From assembly GCF_008831285.2 (NCBI RefSeq), contig NC_045138.2, positions 5,146,001 through 5,210,000 of the forward strand: DNA of 64,000 bases, given 5' to 3'. This document shows positions 38,520 to 53,500 of this stretch, piece after piece. Under the pieces are notes generated by a model. The model had not been told where the DNA came from. It saw nothing but the letters and a program-made list of their open reading frames with translations, and made no database searches. Source of the DNA: Nymphaea colorata (taxonomy: Eukaryota). The position numbers were made by a program, and so were the translations under genes. Each line of letters starts with the position of its first letter. Within the stretch, counting starts at the first letter, position 1.

Positions 38520-40702
38520 AGGCGGACATCTTTAGTTCTCCTTAAGAAAATATTTAAAAAAAATATAGATAGTCTTAACAATGTTATCTTCATTGGAAAT
38601 GGGTTCTCATTCAGGCCTTCGCCAAAAGATAATACTTCATGGGTTTTACATGTACCAATTGAAAATGTTAGTTTACAAAGTGAAAAAGGATATATGGTTG
38701 TTGTCAAGATCAGTCCAATCAAATAATAGCAGTTCTATGAATATTGTAGACATTGAATGTAATGAAGTTCAGCTGAATGATACCGTTGTATCTGAAGGAT
38801 CCGAGTTTGAAATAGCTGAAACTTTTGAATCTACTAAAAATCATCAACCACCTAGCTACTGATAAAATTCAGCAGAGAACACTGTTGAGCAACCTATTGT
38901 CAAGCGTTCAACGTGGAAATGAGACCATCAGTTTTGTTGGGTGTCTTTATTGCAAAAATGCAGTTCAAAGAACTTCAACTATAGAAACCTTGGAGAAAAT
39001 TAAGATGTTCAACTAAGCATCCATTGTCACAAGTACTCTTTTTTCTAACTTTTCTTCTATTTACAGAACTTGCTTACTGAATATCTCACAGTATGTTGAG
39101 CCCAGAACTTATGAACAAGCTAAAGATGATAAAAATTGGCAGCTAGAAGTTCAGTCATTGAGCAGTTGTTGAAGAAAACAATACATGGATGTTAGTTTCA
39201 CATTTTGTTGATCTCAAGCCTCTGGGTTTTTATCAAATTAAATGTAAGGAAAATGGTGAGATATAAAGGTTTACGGCAAGATTGGGTGCCAAAGGTTTTT
39301 CATAGGTGGAAGTCCTAAACTTTTATGGGACTTTCGCTCTGGTGTTGAAAGTTGCGACCGTTTGGTGTATTTTGGCAATGGCAGCTGCTAGGAACTGGGT
39401 ATTATATCAAATGGATGTATATATAAGGCCTTTCTGAATGGAGACTTGAATGAAGACATTTATATGACTTTGCCTCCAGGGTATTGGGCTTAGGCAAGCC
39501 CCAAGAAATAGTTTGCAAAACTTTGTTCTGCTATTATCAAGTATTGTCTTCCGGCAGTCTTAAATGTGATTTTTCTTTATTCACTCTTTTACATAGTGGC
39601 ACACTCAAGTGTTACTTGCATAGGTTGACAATGTAATAATTGCTGGAAATAGTTTGAAACATGTTGAGAAGTTTAAGGAATGTTTAAGTGCTGAGCTTCG
39701 TATACAGGATCATGGTGAACACAAGTTTCTTTCTTGGGCTTGTGTCACAATGCAAATGTGTGTGTGACATACATTTTAGATGAAATAGGTTTGTTGGTGC
39801 TAAATTTAGTGATGTTCCAATGGAACAATGACTTTATTAGCATTAGACGAAGATTTAATTGATCCTGCTTGGTGTCGAAGATTTGTTGGTTTAATAATGT
39901 ATTTCATAATTACAAGATCAAATCTTATGTTTTGAGTGCCCTCGCTTAACAGACATCTGCAACCTCCAACTGTGGTACATTGTAAAGAATCAGTTAAGGC
40001 TCTGAGATATCTTAAATCCAATCCTTGTCTTGCTGTTTTCTTCTCTGCTATGTAGATTTTCAACTTCGAGTTTACTAGGATGCAAATTGGGCTGCCTGCA
40101 GGAAGATCCATTATAGGATACGGTATATTTTTGGGAGAGTTTAGTTTCTTGAAAAAGTAGGAAGCGGTTTCTGAATCTTCTGCAGAAGCTGATATCAAGC
40201 TATGGCGAATTTCTTGCTGTGAAATTGTTTGCTTGCAGCATCTATTAACTAATTTACAGGTTACTTGGCTCTTCTACATGAGTGACAATCGATATGCTAT
40301 TCAACTGGATGCCAATCTACTACGTGAAAGAATAATGCATGTGGAGCTGGACTGTCATTTTGTCAAAGATTTAGTCCAGAGTGATATCATTACAACACAT
40401 TTTGTTCATTCTCTTTAACAAATAATGGATATGTTTGGTAAATCATTGGGCAGAGGTCAGTTTCTGTTTTTAAAGTCCATACTGAGCATGACTGATGTCC
40501 TTGCGCTAGTTTGACCATGGGAGTGTTACACTTTATGACAGCTATCATTAAGCTGTAGAAGAGTGTAGAACTTCATCTTGTGGTGACATGTATCTATATG
40601 TGAATATCATATGCCAGAGCAGATCTTTTGGCCTCTGCAAATTTTACTATGTTTTTTCTTCTCTCTTTTTTGCAATTCCTCTTGGAACTCTTGATCACTA
40701 CA
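38520..40702 (+). mobile_element. Heavily degenerate Copia 3' part (integrase end, RT, RNase H, PPT, 3' LTR from ~40524)
   Basis: VEPRTYEQAKDD..W, QMDV..AFLNGDLNEDIYMTLPPG, RRSIIGYGIFLG and ERIMHVELDCHFVKD motifs; PPT-like TGGGAG then TGTTAC; LTR end approximate. Confidence 0.8.
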
Positions 40703-41530
40703 GGGGATTTGGCCGGCAGTGATTCAATCACGGTAGTTCTATATATTAATCGGCGACAGTTCTATATATTCATCGGCGACAATTTGGTGGACATGCCATT
40801 GTAGGAATTTTCTTTTTCGTGGTCACTCTATCCAAGCATATTGAGGCCTGACTAAATACCTGATGCATTTGGGTATCTAGCAATTAATTTCCATTTAGGA
40901 CGTACCTTTTGGCCATAACTTCAAATACATTCTGCTGAAATTTGCTGAAAAGGGCCTCCCAACAAATCATGACGTATTTGGAATTTGTGCTTCCCAACGT
41001 TGCCTGAATCATTTAACAGCCTTAGAGGAGGAGTTTGGTGCTATTTTCTTAATTCTAACTCGTATTTTAGCTTGAGTTGATAGGCAATGGTAAAGATAGG
41101 TCTTATGTAAAACTGAGGCCCATGTAAGGAAAATCATAAATGTGAGACACGTATTTGAGATTATGTCCTTGAAAGTCATCCCCTTAAGGGAACCTTGCGC
41201 ATACTTAATGAAACCCGTAAAACGTTGTCCTTTAAAGGGGATAATTCAAAATATTGTATCTGTATAATATGCTAACATATAAAGTTGGTTTTCTCTTTTA
41301 AAAAATATGCAATTCATGCTGTTATATGTTATCTTATAAAATACTCTCAATCTATTTATAAATATTGGAATTGCAAACAAACTATGTGTAAGGTCAATCT
41401 CAACTAAGTAGATTCATAGTTCAATTCTGAATAGGTAAGGAAAAATAGAAAAAAGTAGCAAAGCCCCAACGCTGAATCCATTTCATTTACAGCCATAACT
41501 TGTACTAACAGGCCTGTCCATTAACTAGCC

Positions 41531-41575
<45 letters not shown>

Positions 41576-42353
41576 ATTTTGTGCCTAATGTGGTGTAGAC
41601 TGTGTTAAAAAGTAAAGTGTGCAAGCAATTGCAAAATATTTCCACTGGTGATATAGGGAATTCCAGATACATTGTGGACTCATCATATTGTAGACAAATA
41701 TTGCAAGGTTTATCTGCTCAAAACTTAGAATATGTTAAGTACATCAACATTATTAGAACATGTAACAACATTTAAACATATGTTTCATTGGCAATACAAA
41801 GCAGTCCAAATAAAATTAAAATTACAACCCCAACATAGCTAAATGAAGCGAAACAAAATGCTTATTTTGTCAAATTATGACCACACATGATATCATAGCA
41901 TGTCATGTATAAGAAGGCCAATGATATAGATTGTTGAATACGACCTCAAAATGACCAAATTGAGCAATTGGAAATTGCCCAAATGGCAGTTGCAGGTACT
42001 GTTACTTAAAGCCTCCAGCTACGAACCTTCATACAATTTTTATAATGTTAAGCTTCTCAATCAAAAGCTCTTGATAAAAGTGGTAGTACCTTGAATATGT
42101 AATGAACTAAGAGGGATCACAGAAACACAACCAAACGTGCAAACTGAAATGTCGCACAAACACTTCGTTTGCAGTAGATTTGATAAGAGGAAGTGCCAAC
42201 ATCCAACATGACCAAGAAACCAGTAAAGAAAAATTATGGCAGACATACTTGTTCATGAGAGGATTATGCATAGTTACACAAACACTGCAGTTCTGACCTT
42301 GAAAAAAGGCAAGCAGAAAAGAAGAAAAAACTGATGGCATAAACAAGCAAATA

Positions 42354-43530
42354 TGTTATACATGCCAAAATGTAAGACTTGATCATGCTGGACATTGAAA
42401 TGTTTGTGAAAGCTTACCGATGTCCACTGCACAAGTAGAAGATGGCCAGTAGATCTTCTAGAGGCTGAAGGGTGTGACACAAAATCCTCTCTAAAATGAT
42501 ATAGAAAAGATCATACAATGAAATTTCTCCTAACCCTTGTGCCTTGGGGACCACAACCCTATTTATAGACTTATGAGGGTCCAAATGAAGGCTTTGCCCA
42601 TCATAAACCAGATATGGATCCCCTCTGACTTCTACACATTCTACACAAATAATGTATATCAGATGAGATGATACAAACCCAAATTTATTAGGTCACCTTA
42701 AATTGGGTCTATCTACATACATAGACTATAATGTACGACTATCAATACATTTATAGGCCCAATTAAATGACATAGATCAAGTATGGCTATGCAACATGAA
42801 AATTAGATCTTAACATGTCTATTTCCAATTGGTCCAACCTTATACTTTTGCGAGATCACAACCAAATAAATTCAGAGTGAACTGAAAAGAACTATGTTTT
42901 ATAACAAAAGACTGACATGTCTGGAACAAAAGTGTCCAAGCATAAACTCCCACTCAAACAGATAAGTCCTTAAACAACAAAACATCTATATGAGCAATGT
43001 GCTGATGAAAGACTTTGGGCAAAACACATTTAGTGAGCGGATCCAGAATCATAGAGTTTATGCCAATGTATTTAATAGACACTTGACCACTCTGAATTTT
43101 TTCTTTAACAACAAGGTACTTAATGTCAAAGTACTTTGACTTTGACGAACTCCTGTTGTTGGAATATAGGACTGCAAAGTTATTGTCACAATATAACTTG
43201 CGGTCTTTCGATTCCATATATAATATGCAGATTAGTGACAAAATTTTGAATTTTGGATGTCTCATAACAAGCAACAAATTCTGCTGCCATAGTCGAAGAA
43301 GCAATGAGTGTCTATTTGACACTTATCCATGAAATTGCTCTCCCAACCAATAGATAGACGTAGGCTGATGTCGATCTCTCACTATCTTGTCATCCAGCAA
43401 AACTAGAACCAGAATAACCAATGATCTCAAAACGATTTGATTTCCTGTACGTAAACATGTAACCTTTTGTCTTTTAGAGATGTCGCATAACCCTTTTGGC
43501 TACTTTCCAATGTTCGACTCCATTTACATA
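42354..43530 (-). mobile_element. Copia 3' remnant of a different lineage (RNase H, 3' UTR, probable LTR ~42354-42638)
   Basis: LYCDNNFAVLYSNNRSSSKSKYFDIKYLVVKEKIQSGQVSIKYIGINSMILDPLTK and IIGYSGSSFAG motifs; TATAAATA in the putative LTR. Confidence 0.8.
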
Positions 43531-43950
43531 TTATATGTCATAGGAGATCTTGGTCATTGTCATAGGAGATCTTGGTCATTTATTTATACTTCTTGTAGTA
43601 ACCGTTCTGAAATTAAATGTAGCTATATTACAAGCTCATGTTTCTACAATCTCAATCTATATTTACTTGAATGATGCTACAAATCTCCATAAGGTTGGTT
43701 CAGCCAGTAGAGGAATAGCTTGGAACTCTAATAAAAGGCGCGAGGAATGATTTTAGTCAGGTAGAATACAAAATTCATTCCCAACGTGCACATTCTCATT
43801 CAAGGTGGTTGTCCACACCAGCTTCTCAATGTTCCTTTATTTTTATATTGACTGCTTTAGATATTTGTTTTTTATTATATGAACCACTTAACGTATAGAA
43901 ACTTCTAAAAGAGTGCCCCTTAATTTTCTGGGCTATGCTATGATCATTAA

Positions 43951-44160
43951 GGCCTCCATGGTAAAATTATCAATGTACAAAAGGAAGATTTTTTAGTAAA
44001 AGAGGTCCGACTTTTTTGTATGAATTTTTTTTCAATTTCGATGAAAAATGCATGGTAAAATTTATTGTGTTTGATGCTACAGAAAAAACCGTACAAACTT
44101 GAAAAAAAAATCTACCCTATACAGTATTTCTCTTTATTTTTTTGTGCATCAAACGAGGCC
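43951..44160. mobile_element. Tourist-like MITE upstream of the CHR12 start
   Basis: Ends GGCCTC...GAGGCC, flanked by TAA on both sides (43948-43950 and 44161-44163). Confidence 0.6.
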
Positions 44161-44509
44161 TAAAGATAAACTATCAGTTGAGAAGAGTAGATAATAGTTA
44201 GAAAAATTATGTAGTGTCTTGTTCACATGAATCGTACCCGAAGCCGTGACGTCTTCTGTCCGTGACACCTTGAGGCGGTGTTTGATTGCAGGGGCATTCG
44301 AGCGACCATAACGGTCCTTGGATTTACTCCTCCGAGCCCCTTCTTATCACATAACCGGAGTGTTCCAAGGGGGGAACGGCGTTGCTTGGTGGCTACCCCA
44401 GGCAAAATCGGTCCGTGCATCCATGGATCAGACATTGCCAAACACGGAGGGGCTACCCTCCCGCCTTCCGGGGTTAGAGAGAGAAAGAGAGGACGGTGAA
44501 GCGAAGAAG

Positions 44510-47500
44510 ATGACGGTTGAAGGCCCCTCGACTGATCGTTTGCGTAGTCTACGGACGCTTGTATCGGCTCTGAATCTGATATCCAGAAGCCTTCCTCTCC
44601 CTTCCGACCTCTTGGATGCTGTCTTCTCCATCTACTATTCCGTCGATTCCGGTCCTTCCCAAGAGGTCACCCTCTTCCTCTTCCTTCTTATTTTTCTTGC
44701 TTGTTCTACCTATTTCATTTGCTCATCGGTACGACGAAAGGGTTCGGTGCCTAGCGGTAAAGTATTCTTCTCCTTCACCCTCCCCCCGCGGAGTGATCCA
44801 CACAATTGCTTACGGCGCTTGCTGATGCTGTGGTTTAGGCACGTTTGCTCCAGGGTGCCACTTTTTAGTTTTTACCACAGTTTTTCTGCGAATTGAATGC
44901 TCCGCTACCAATTTAGATTCGTCTTGGTGCCCGAAGGGAAATTCTCTTTTGGCTTCTTCACCTGCTCAAGTAAGTTATCCCTGACCTTGATTGGAGAAAA
45001 CGGGGCTGGGACTATCTTCTGCTTACCCGAGCTTTTCCTTCCGAACTCGTCCATTCTGCTGGTTTTAAGCATCATGAAGCCCGTAGACAGGTTACTCTAC
45101 TTTGCTGCGGCATATAGATTTGGTAGGGCTTAGCTTTTGATCCGTGTCTTCTCGATTACACATTGGACGTTCAGATACTAACCTTGTACCAGTCCCAGTA
45201 GGAGAGAGAATCAGGTCGCCACCCCTTCCATTGTCAGTGTACTCTTATCAGTACACTGACGTGTGGTCCGTTTTGCTGGGAGGCTCAATCACGAGTGGCT
45301 TAACCTCAAATTTTCCGGTGCCTCACTTTCTCTAATCCATGGGGAGGAACAGCTAACCATCCTGAACTGATTTTTTCATCGCAGGAATGTTACTTCTTTA
45401 CTGGTACACTCAAATCTATTTTGACGAAGAATCTTATAAAACTTCTGACAAAGAGTGCATGCTTGATAGAAATATAGCCTGTCCTTTTACCTGCTATCAT
45501 GTCGTCTATAGCGTGTTCTTAAGCATGTCTAAGTAAGGCAAGCGAGGCATGCTCAAAATAGAAGAAATGAGGCCAATATTGCAACTTGGTAATTGATTTT
45601 TGAGGCATTTGAAAGATAAATATCTTTTCTGTTAAATAACCTGCGTAGATAAAATGCTCTAAAACTATTAGAAATCAAAGATGCTCCTAGATGATATTAG
45701 TATAGTTTAAATGTGTTAGTTGTTGCTTGAACCGTACATGCATGGTGTTTCTAGTATTATCAAATTGTTGTCACTTGTCATCCATAGTCCACTAGTATAC
45801 TAAGGACATTGAATTTTCTGGTTTCATGCATCTATTCCACCAAAGATATTGTCAAGTTACATTTATATGCTACTTGTCAAGTTTCATTTATATGGTAAGC
45901 GACACATTCACACAAAAGGACATCAAGCTTAGTGTCTTAAAAAGCGATCATACACCACACTGTATTTTAAATTTTTAATATTTCTACTCACAAGTCTTCT
46001 GATTATTTTTCTGTTTGTAAACTTGTCCATAGTGAGTTTTCTTTCAGCTTCTGACATAAATACATATCTATATCTAAGTCCGTTACCTTGCTTCTGTATT
46101 TCTTGATGTACCATAAAGGCATAAACTATAAGTATTCACATTTTACAAATTTATCCATGGGGTATTCTTTGAGGAATTTCTGTCTTGTTGTCCCTACAGG
46201 TTGGTGGTGGAGATCCAATTCAAGGAGATCTATTGGAGGATTTCCAAAATGCATTGTTAAAACAAAGATTGAACTATGCTACAAGTGCTTCACTAAAGAA
46301 GTTGGAGGGATATCATCTCCAACTCAACAAACAGCATCGTCTAAATGAACTTGAAGGTCCATACTGACTCAGTCAAACCAATTTGCTGGTTATTTTGGCT
46401 AATTAGTAAATTTTACTTCTGGATTTATCTGTTTCATTGGAATATGTATTCAGGCGTATATGACTTATGGACATGGAATCAGTTATGATGCTCATGTGTG
46501 TCCACCATGCTAATGTTATTAAAAATCATATTGACAATAATCTGAACAGGGGTGATAGGTTTATCAAATCCGGAACTTACAATTAAAAACAGTTACATTC
46601 AAACTCATGATGAAAGCAGTAACTAAGCTCCTTCTATCTTCAGCCTCCATGGACGTTGTGTAAAACATTTGAGTCAAGTCTCCTAGGGTGAAATTTGTGT
46701 TTTATCGTAAGGAAAAAAAAAAAAACATTTGGGAGAAGGCCTCAATGACTGATGTCACTTCTTCAGCAGGTTGCCAACATAACTGAGCTCCGATACGTAT
46801 TACGTAATTCCTGTACCACTGTGTACATCAGATTGGAATCCATCTTTAACCGACTATCATAATAGAAATTTGTTGTGACAATTGTTGCACAATTGGATGG
46901 TCAAATATCTGCTGAATGTGTAAGTTTATGTACAGTGGATGGAAAAGCAAGTTAGCTTTTTTCTCTCAAAACATACATGTTGAATGAGATGGGTGCATGT
47001 TCACAAAATAGCCCTAGCCAAAGAATGCAGTTGTGTATTCAGCAGTTACTATTTTTTGGTTAGGATTGTTTTTTGCCATCAGTTTTTTGGCTGGCAAGCA
47101 TTACTAACTACTGTGTTGTTATTATGAGGTGTATTTCTTGTTACTTCTGCATATGTGCAATCGTAATAACCTTTGATATTGGTGTGTTTGCTTCAGATCT
47201 GCCCTTCAGTAGGGGAGAAGACATGCAAATGAATTGCTTACTCGAGCTATATGGACTAAGGGTAAGGTCTTCAGTAGCCTTAGTTTTACAGTTTTGAATC
47301 TCAGAATAAGTCTATTGGTTGAACCATTGTTGGGCATGAAACAATGTTCTATGAAACTCAACCATATATGTTCTCTATTGAGTTTTATGTTAATTGTACA
47401 TGGCCATGCAGTGATTTAAGTTTATTTGGATGGTTGTCCTCAAGTTTGAGCATCAATTTTGTCTTTAAAGATCTGCAGTTGTTGATTACTCTTTGCCTAG

Positions 47501-50500
47501 TTAGTTAACTTATATAAAAAGTTGCAATATTTGTAATTTTGTACAACAGATAAAATGATGAGTTTGAGTTCAAAATTCTAGGTCCTGCTCTTTACATTAG
47601 TAGCTGTGCTATTAGAGGCATATGCTCGCCTCAGAATCTAGGCACATGGAATGGCGTTGGAGGTGCAGCACATGCTGCACTTTGAATCTTTTGTTAACCA
47701 AAATCTTAACTGCTAAGAAAAGTCACTACACTCTTTTCCCACACCCTCCTTCTCTATTTTCATTTATTCTTTTGATGATTTCTGTTTTAATGATTGAATA
47801 ATGTTAACTTTTGAGTATGTTTTCTTTGGTAGAAATTCATGATTTTCCATATGTCTTCATTGTTTTTATTGTTTGTTTCAGTAATAATATTTAGAACTTT
47901 TGAAGGTTAGCAACAACTGATTTTTCTCCCAACACAAATGAACACAAATAAATAAATATACACATACACCCCCAATATTAGGAGCGACCCTGTTTTATTG
48001 TTCTTGAGAACGTAGTTCTGGTATCATTATAGTATTTGACTTTCCTAAGTAAATTGAACTACAGAAATTACTAATTATTCTTTGTATCTGCATTCTTCTA
48101 CTTCATCAAATTAAAAATTCATACCAATAATTAATTTTTATAATACATAACCACGTGTCAGTGATCTTAATGTCCAAAGGTCCAACGCTGTAAAGTGCAC
48201 AACTTAAAGGCACAGTTACATGAAAGAATTACAAAAAAGTAAGGAAACTAGGTTAAATGTTCTCTATGAATGTGCCTTGCATAAGCAAAGATATATAAAA
48301 AAAGTAATAAGAGGCAAACATAAAGCACCAATTGAACATAAATTTAACAAAAAAAAGATCCATATTTCACTTGAACAAAGTACATCTATTAGACCAACTT
48401 AAACTTGAAGAGTCCTAATGCGTGGGCAAAATTTTAAGTTTTCAACTACATAATTCTAAATTTAAATCCATAATAACAAGCTTTTAAAGACTTGTACCAA
48501 TCAAGGTCTTGTCTTTGTAGCATGCTTGGATCTTGGTTGTTACTTATCATTTCCCATTTTGTCTGTGGTTCCACATTCAAGCATATTTGTTTCCGTAGTA
48601 AGGACAGGAAGAGGACCTTTTAGGAAATGACAAGAATTTTAGAGAATTTTGCTACTTCAAAATGCAAACGAGGCTGCTAAAAGGATTTCTCGTCAAGGTG
48701 TTAAGAAGGCTATATATCACACCAGGGAAAAATTTGCTGTCCAGTGTCATTCTTGCCAGGCAGATCATCATTTTAGTTTGTTTCTCTGTTGGATTTCTTG
48801 CATTGGGGCAACTGGTTTTACTTAAGCACAAGGCTTCTTTTCTAGCAGCTATTGGACCTGCAGAGGAAGGTGCGAGCTGATGTAAGCTCTGAGTACTGGC
48901 TGCAAGAGAAATGCTCATTTCCAGACAAACATTTGTTTGACTGGGGAATGATGAGGCTGAGGCGCAGTCTTCCATTATTTGGTAATGGAGATGCTTCTTA
49001 TGTGGAAGTTGATGATCACCAGCGAAAGAGACGGGATGAAGAGGTAAAAAAAATTGTACTTTTTACATCTTTGGTTGGGCTTCATATATAAATCATTTTA
49101 GTTTTGCTTGCTCTAACAAGAATTTTCTCTGTCCAGAGGCTGTCAAGGTTAGAACAAGAAGAGAAAAACAGAACAGAAACCAGAAAAAGAAAATTTTTTA
49201 ATGAATTGCTTAATGCATCCCGTGAGTTCCAAAATCAAGCACAAGCTGCTCTGAAACGTCGAAAACAGAGGAATGATGGGATCCAGGTCTCCTTTGCGTT
49301 TGTGTGTGTGTGTGTGTTGGAATATCTTCTCTCTTAAATCATATGAGGAGATTGATTTGGATATTCTCTTGTCTCTGTAATAATTTAATTGACAGATTTC
49401 ATGCTGTTCTATAGGCATGGCATGCAAGACAGAGGCAAAGGGCCACAAGGGCAGAAAGGCTTAGGTTCCAAGCACTAAAAGCAGATGACCAGGAAGCATA
49501 TTTGCGGATGGTTGAGGAGAGTAAGAATGAACGACTGACTACTCTTCTAGGAAAAACCAATGAGCTCCTTTTTCGGCTTGGAGCTGCCGTTCAACGGCAG
49601 AAGGATGCAGAGCATGCTGATGGATCTGAATCTGTTCGAGGATCTGATACTGATGATGCAGCACAGATATCTCTATCTAATGCGGATGTGGTTCTGGATG
49701 ATGAACTAAACATGATTGATATGGATTCAGGTCATTCAGTCAAGACAAATGACTTGCTTGAAGGCCAACGCACATACAACTCAGTTATTCATTCCATCCA
49801 AGAAAAGGTAACTTGATATAGGCATATAGCTGCAATATTTTCTGGAAACTTTATAGCTTAGTTGCACTTAGTCTATTTATGATTGCAAGTGGATGATTTA
49901 TGCTGTGGGCTCAGCTCCCACTTCAAGGATAATCAGGTCCGAGTTGCAGAGAACATTTGCCAGTGAAATTTCTCAAATATTGCAAATCAGTTGGTCTTGT
50001 GCATGTGACAAGTTAATAGGGAAAATTTTCAGCAGGGTTACTTGTGCTGCTTATGATTCAGTTGTCAGCAGGTTGCATCTATATTCACACTAAAGATGCA
50101 TGTTATCAGGCAGATAATGAGTTGAGTTGACATTGAGAAGTCATGATGATCATGGAACACCTTTGCAACTGTTCTCTGGTCTCAGGGTTGTTATACAAAA
50201 ATAGTTAATTTTCTTGTATGGTACTTCTGAAATTTTTCCGTTACTTGGCCCTTCTGCAGTTAGATTCCTGAATATATCTATCAAGTTCTCTATTGGGAAT
50301 TGAAAGGAAAAATAGAACTAAGCTTTGACATGATTTTTCAGGTTACTGAGCAGCCGGCAATGCTTCAAGGTGGTGAACTTCGGTCATATCAAGTGGAGGG
50401 TCTGCAGTGGATGCTTTCGCTGTTCAACAACAACCTGAATGGCATTTTGGCTGATGAGATGGGGCTAGGGAAAACTATCCAGACAATTGCATTACTTGCA

Positions 50501-53500
50501 TATCTAATGGAGAATAAAGGAGTGAGTGGACCACACTTGATTGTAGCTCCAAAAGCCGTACTTTCTAATTGGGTCAATGAATTTGCAACCTGGGCTCCTA
50601 GGTATGCAGAACTGTGGGGTTCCTTTTCTTATTCTGTTTTGTATCATTTATTTTTTTTGTCTTAATTTCGTTCATTCTTTATTTGGCGAACGGCTTCAAA
50701 GGACTTCAATTAACAAGGCAGAGATGATAAGAATGAGAGATGATTAATAGTCACCAACATCAGGGCATTGGTTTCAGTGTCGATCTGCTACCTTTTTGTA
50801 ACGGGTGCCCCTGGGTACTGACAAGTTCAATCACTTGATGCTGCACCAAGCATTTCTTGTCACCCTCATATAGAATCTTGAATTACAAGCCTATTGCTTT
50901 CAATCTGATATGAAATACGAACCTATTATCCAACAATTCATTTCCCAAACCTTTCATAATTTACTTTTATAAGCATGATCCCTGGTTAGGATTCATTTGT
51001 TTTTCACCTACAACCTTTTATTTTCTACCTCTCATGACTCGAAAAGGATATGATTTTATTTTTCTTTATTTTTTGTTTGATGACTGCTTAGGAAGCCTCA
51101 TTTTTTCATTGATAAGCATATAGAGAAGCGTGCATTATACACATCAAAAGAAAGTGGCCTTCGGACATATTCGGCTAATGATGAATTTGTCTTCTTGATG
51201 CTTGGCTCAAGATTCTAGATCTGGCCTCAGGTTAGAATATAGCAGATCTTTCTAGTAGCAGTAGAATAAAAATGGATTAACCTCCATCCGCTATGGAGCT
51301 TTGAGTCAATTTTCATTGTAAAATCTGTTAATCAGGCCATGATGACCAAGTGCCTTACCTTATAGATGTTATCAAGAAATGTTGCCATTGGATAGGGGTT
51401 GAAGCATGGTTGCTGGAAAGTTTTTCCTGTAAGAACAGTCCATATGTGTCTAGTAGAATTCTTAGATTCACGACCACAGAAACATTGTAGCATCATATAT
51501 ATAATGAACAGCAGAAGTTTCAGCTGCTTGAAGGTGGGAAGTGTGATGAGCTGGGAAAAATAAATTAGTTGGTTTTGTTGTGGCCTTGATAGCAAATAGT
51601 AGCATCTGAAGATACTATTATTGATTGAGAAGAATTTCTGCTTCTATGTCGTTAGAAAGTTGAAATGCAGTTGTCTTCTTGTAAAGTTGGAGTGAAAGTG
51701 GTGGGTCCTCTTGAGTGGATATTTGAAAGGTTAGCGTGTGAGTGCAGGAGCAGCTTCTGTCCCTAGATACTGACTTCAAAGCCAATGTTAGAAGGTGAGC
51801 TTAAGTCTATGATTATGGCTGTTGTTCCTGTTCATATCAAGTTGTCAGGAAAATAAGTGCCGTTTGACTTCTCTGCTCGCCTCGGTGGTTATAGATTGGC
51901 TGGCTCTGTACTTCATCGTTCATCACATCTGAGGCAATGGCTTTGCCATTTGCTTGTGATGCTCTCTCCATCTGCAGTACACCCACTTCCTATGGTGTTG
52001 TGGTTAGGCGACTTGGATAGAATATCCAGAGAAGGCAAGTAGCTGTACTAACTGGCGTAGTTAAGTCTTGTTAATTCAAGTTATTCATTCTTCATCTCTC
52101 TCAGCTCCTTGCCTGAAGCTGACCCACGGCACAACACCTATGTCACATGGGTGCTGGTACGGTATGGGTATGGATACGAAGATGCGGGTATGATGATTTT
52201 AGAAAACTTGGGTATAGGGGTACGACAAAGTGTATAAATTGTAAATATATATATTATATATAATAATCCACAAAAAATCTCAAAATTAAAGAAAAATGAG
52301 AGGAAAATATAGAACCTTAGTGGAAGGGAAATATAAAAGAAGGGACAAATCAAAATCAAAGAAAAAATTAAGTTTGAAAATATAATTTTCAATGTTTTAA
52401 AATGCAGCCTTACCCACGTATCGACACAGGTACCTGGGCAAATCTTCTAGCACAACACCCATTTTCTGGCTGTGTGGAATTGGTACTTTCACATGGGAAA
52501 TCAAAGTATTCCGGTATTCCCTGGGTTTGTATTGTAGTTTGTGTGGTTGCAGTGAAGGCAACCATATCCTAGATGCCTTTTAACAAAGTGAGACAAAGCT
52601 GGTGGTATTGAGAGCAAAGGGGGGTAAGGCCTTGAAGGTTTTGAGTTGTATAATGTAAAATTGATCAAGGCATGGCTTCAGTATCTCCCTTGTCATTTTA
52701 TCAAGCAAAATTAAGGTGGATATGAGGCTAGGCACTTGCATCTGGTGCCTTCAGTTGCATGTCTGTTATGAGATTTTTACTGGTGGTGTTCTGTCCATAT
52801 AAGTATGAAACCTATGTATGTATTTCTAATTTCATATGTTCCAACAGGGATTTCATATGCTTCTTATTTTCCATTCCTTTCTGTTTGGCACACTTAAGTT
52901 TCTTATATCTTGTCAGTTCTGTTACCAAGGACTTTAACTGTTCTATAACCTTTTTTCCCTATATGTTGTTTTAGTATTTGAGGATCCAAACAAAGAACAT
53001 TCTTTAGATATTTGATGTCAAGGAAAAGGTTCTCACATGTTGGAAGTTGCCAAGTAGTTATCATGTGTCCTTTTTCCAGACTCAGTTTAGTTATTGTGCT
53101 TGAAATTAAAGAACTGACCCCTCGAAAGGTGCACACTTTTTGTTTTTGACTTAGTTAGAGATCTGGTAAATTTGCATTATTATTTGGTAATGAGTGAAAC
53201 ATAATATCGAGGTGCCCTTAATATCCAACCAGTTGAAGAATGGTGGTCATTTTGATTTGGTTCACCAAGATGTATGAGAGTGAACTCCAACTATGTCTTT
53301 CTGGTTGCCATAGACAAAATCAAATGGAGAGATTGAGCCTGTATAATTGACTGATGAAGACAGATGGATCACTCACTAATGTTCTTATGGAGTTGTTTAT
53401 ACGGCGTCTTCTGGAGATGTAATGCAATGGTTAATGCACTTCAAGTTTTTTTAAGAACAATGTGATTCTAAGCTATCAAGTAGAAAGGAACTAATCTTAT

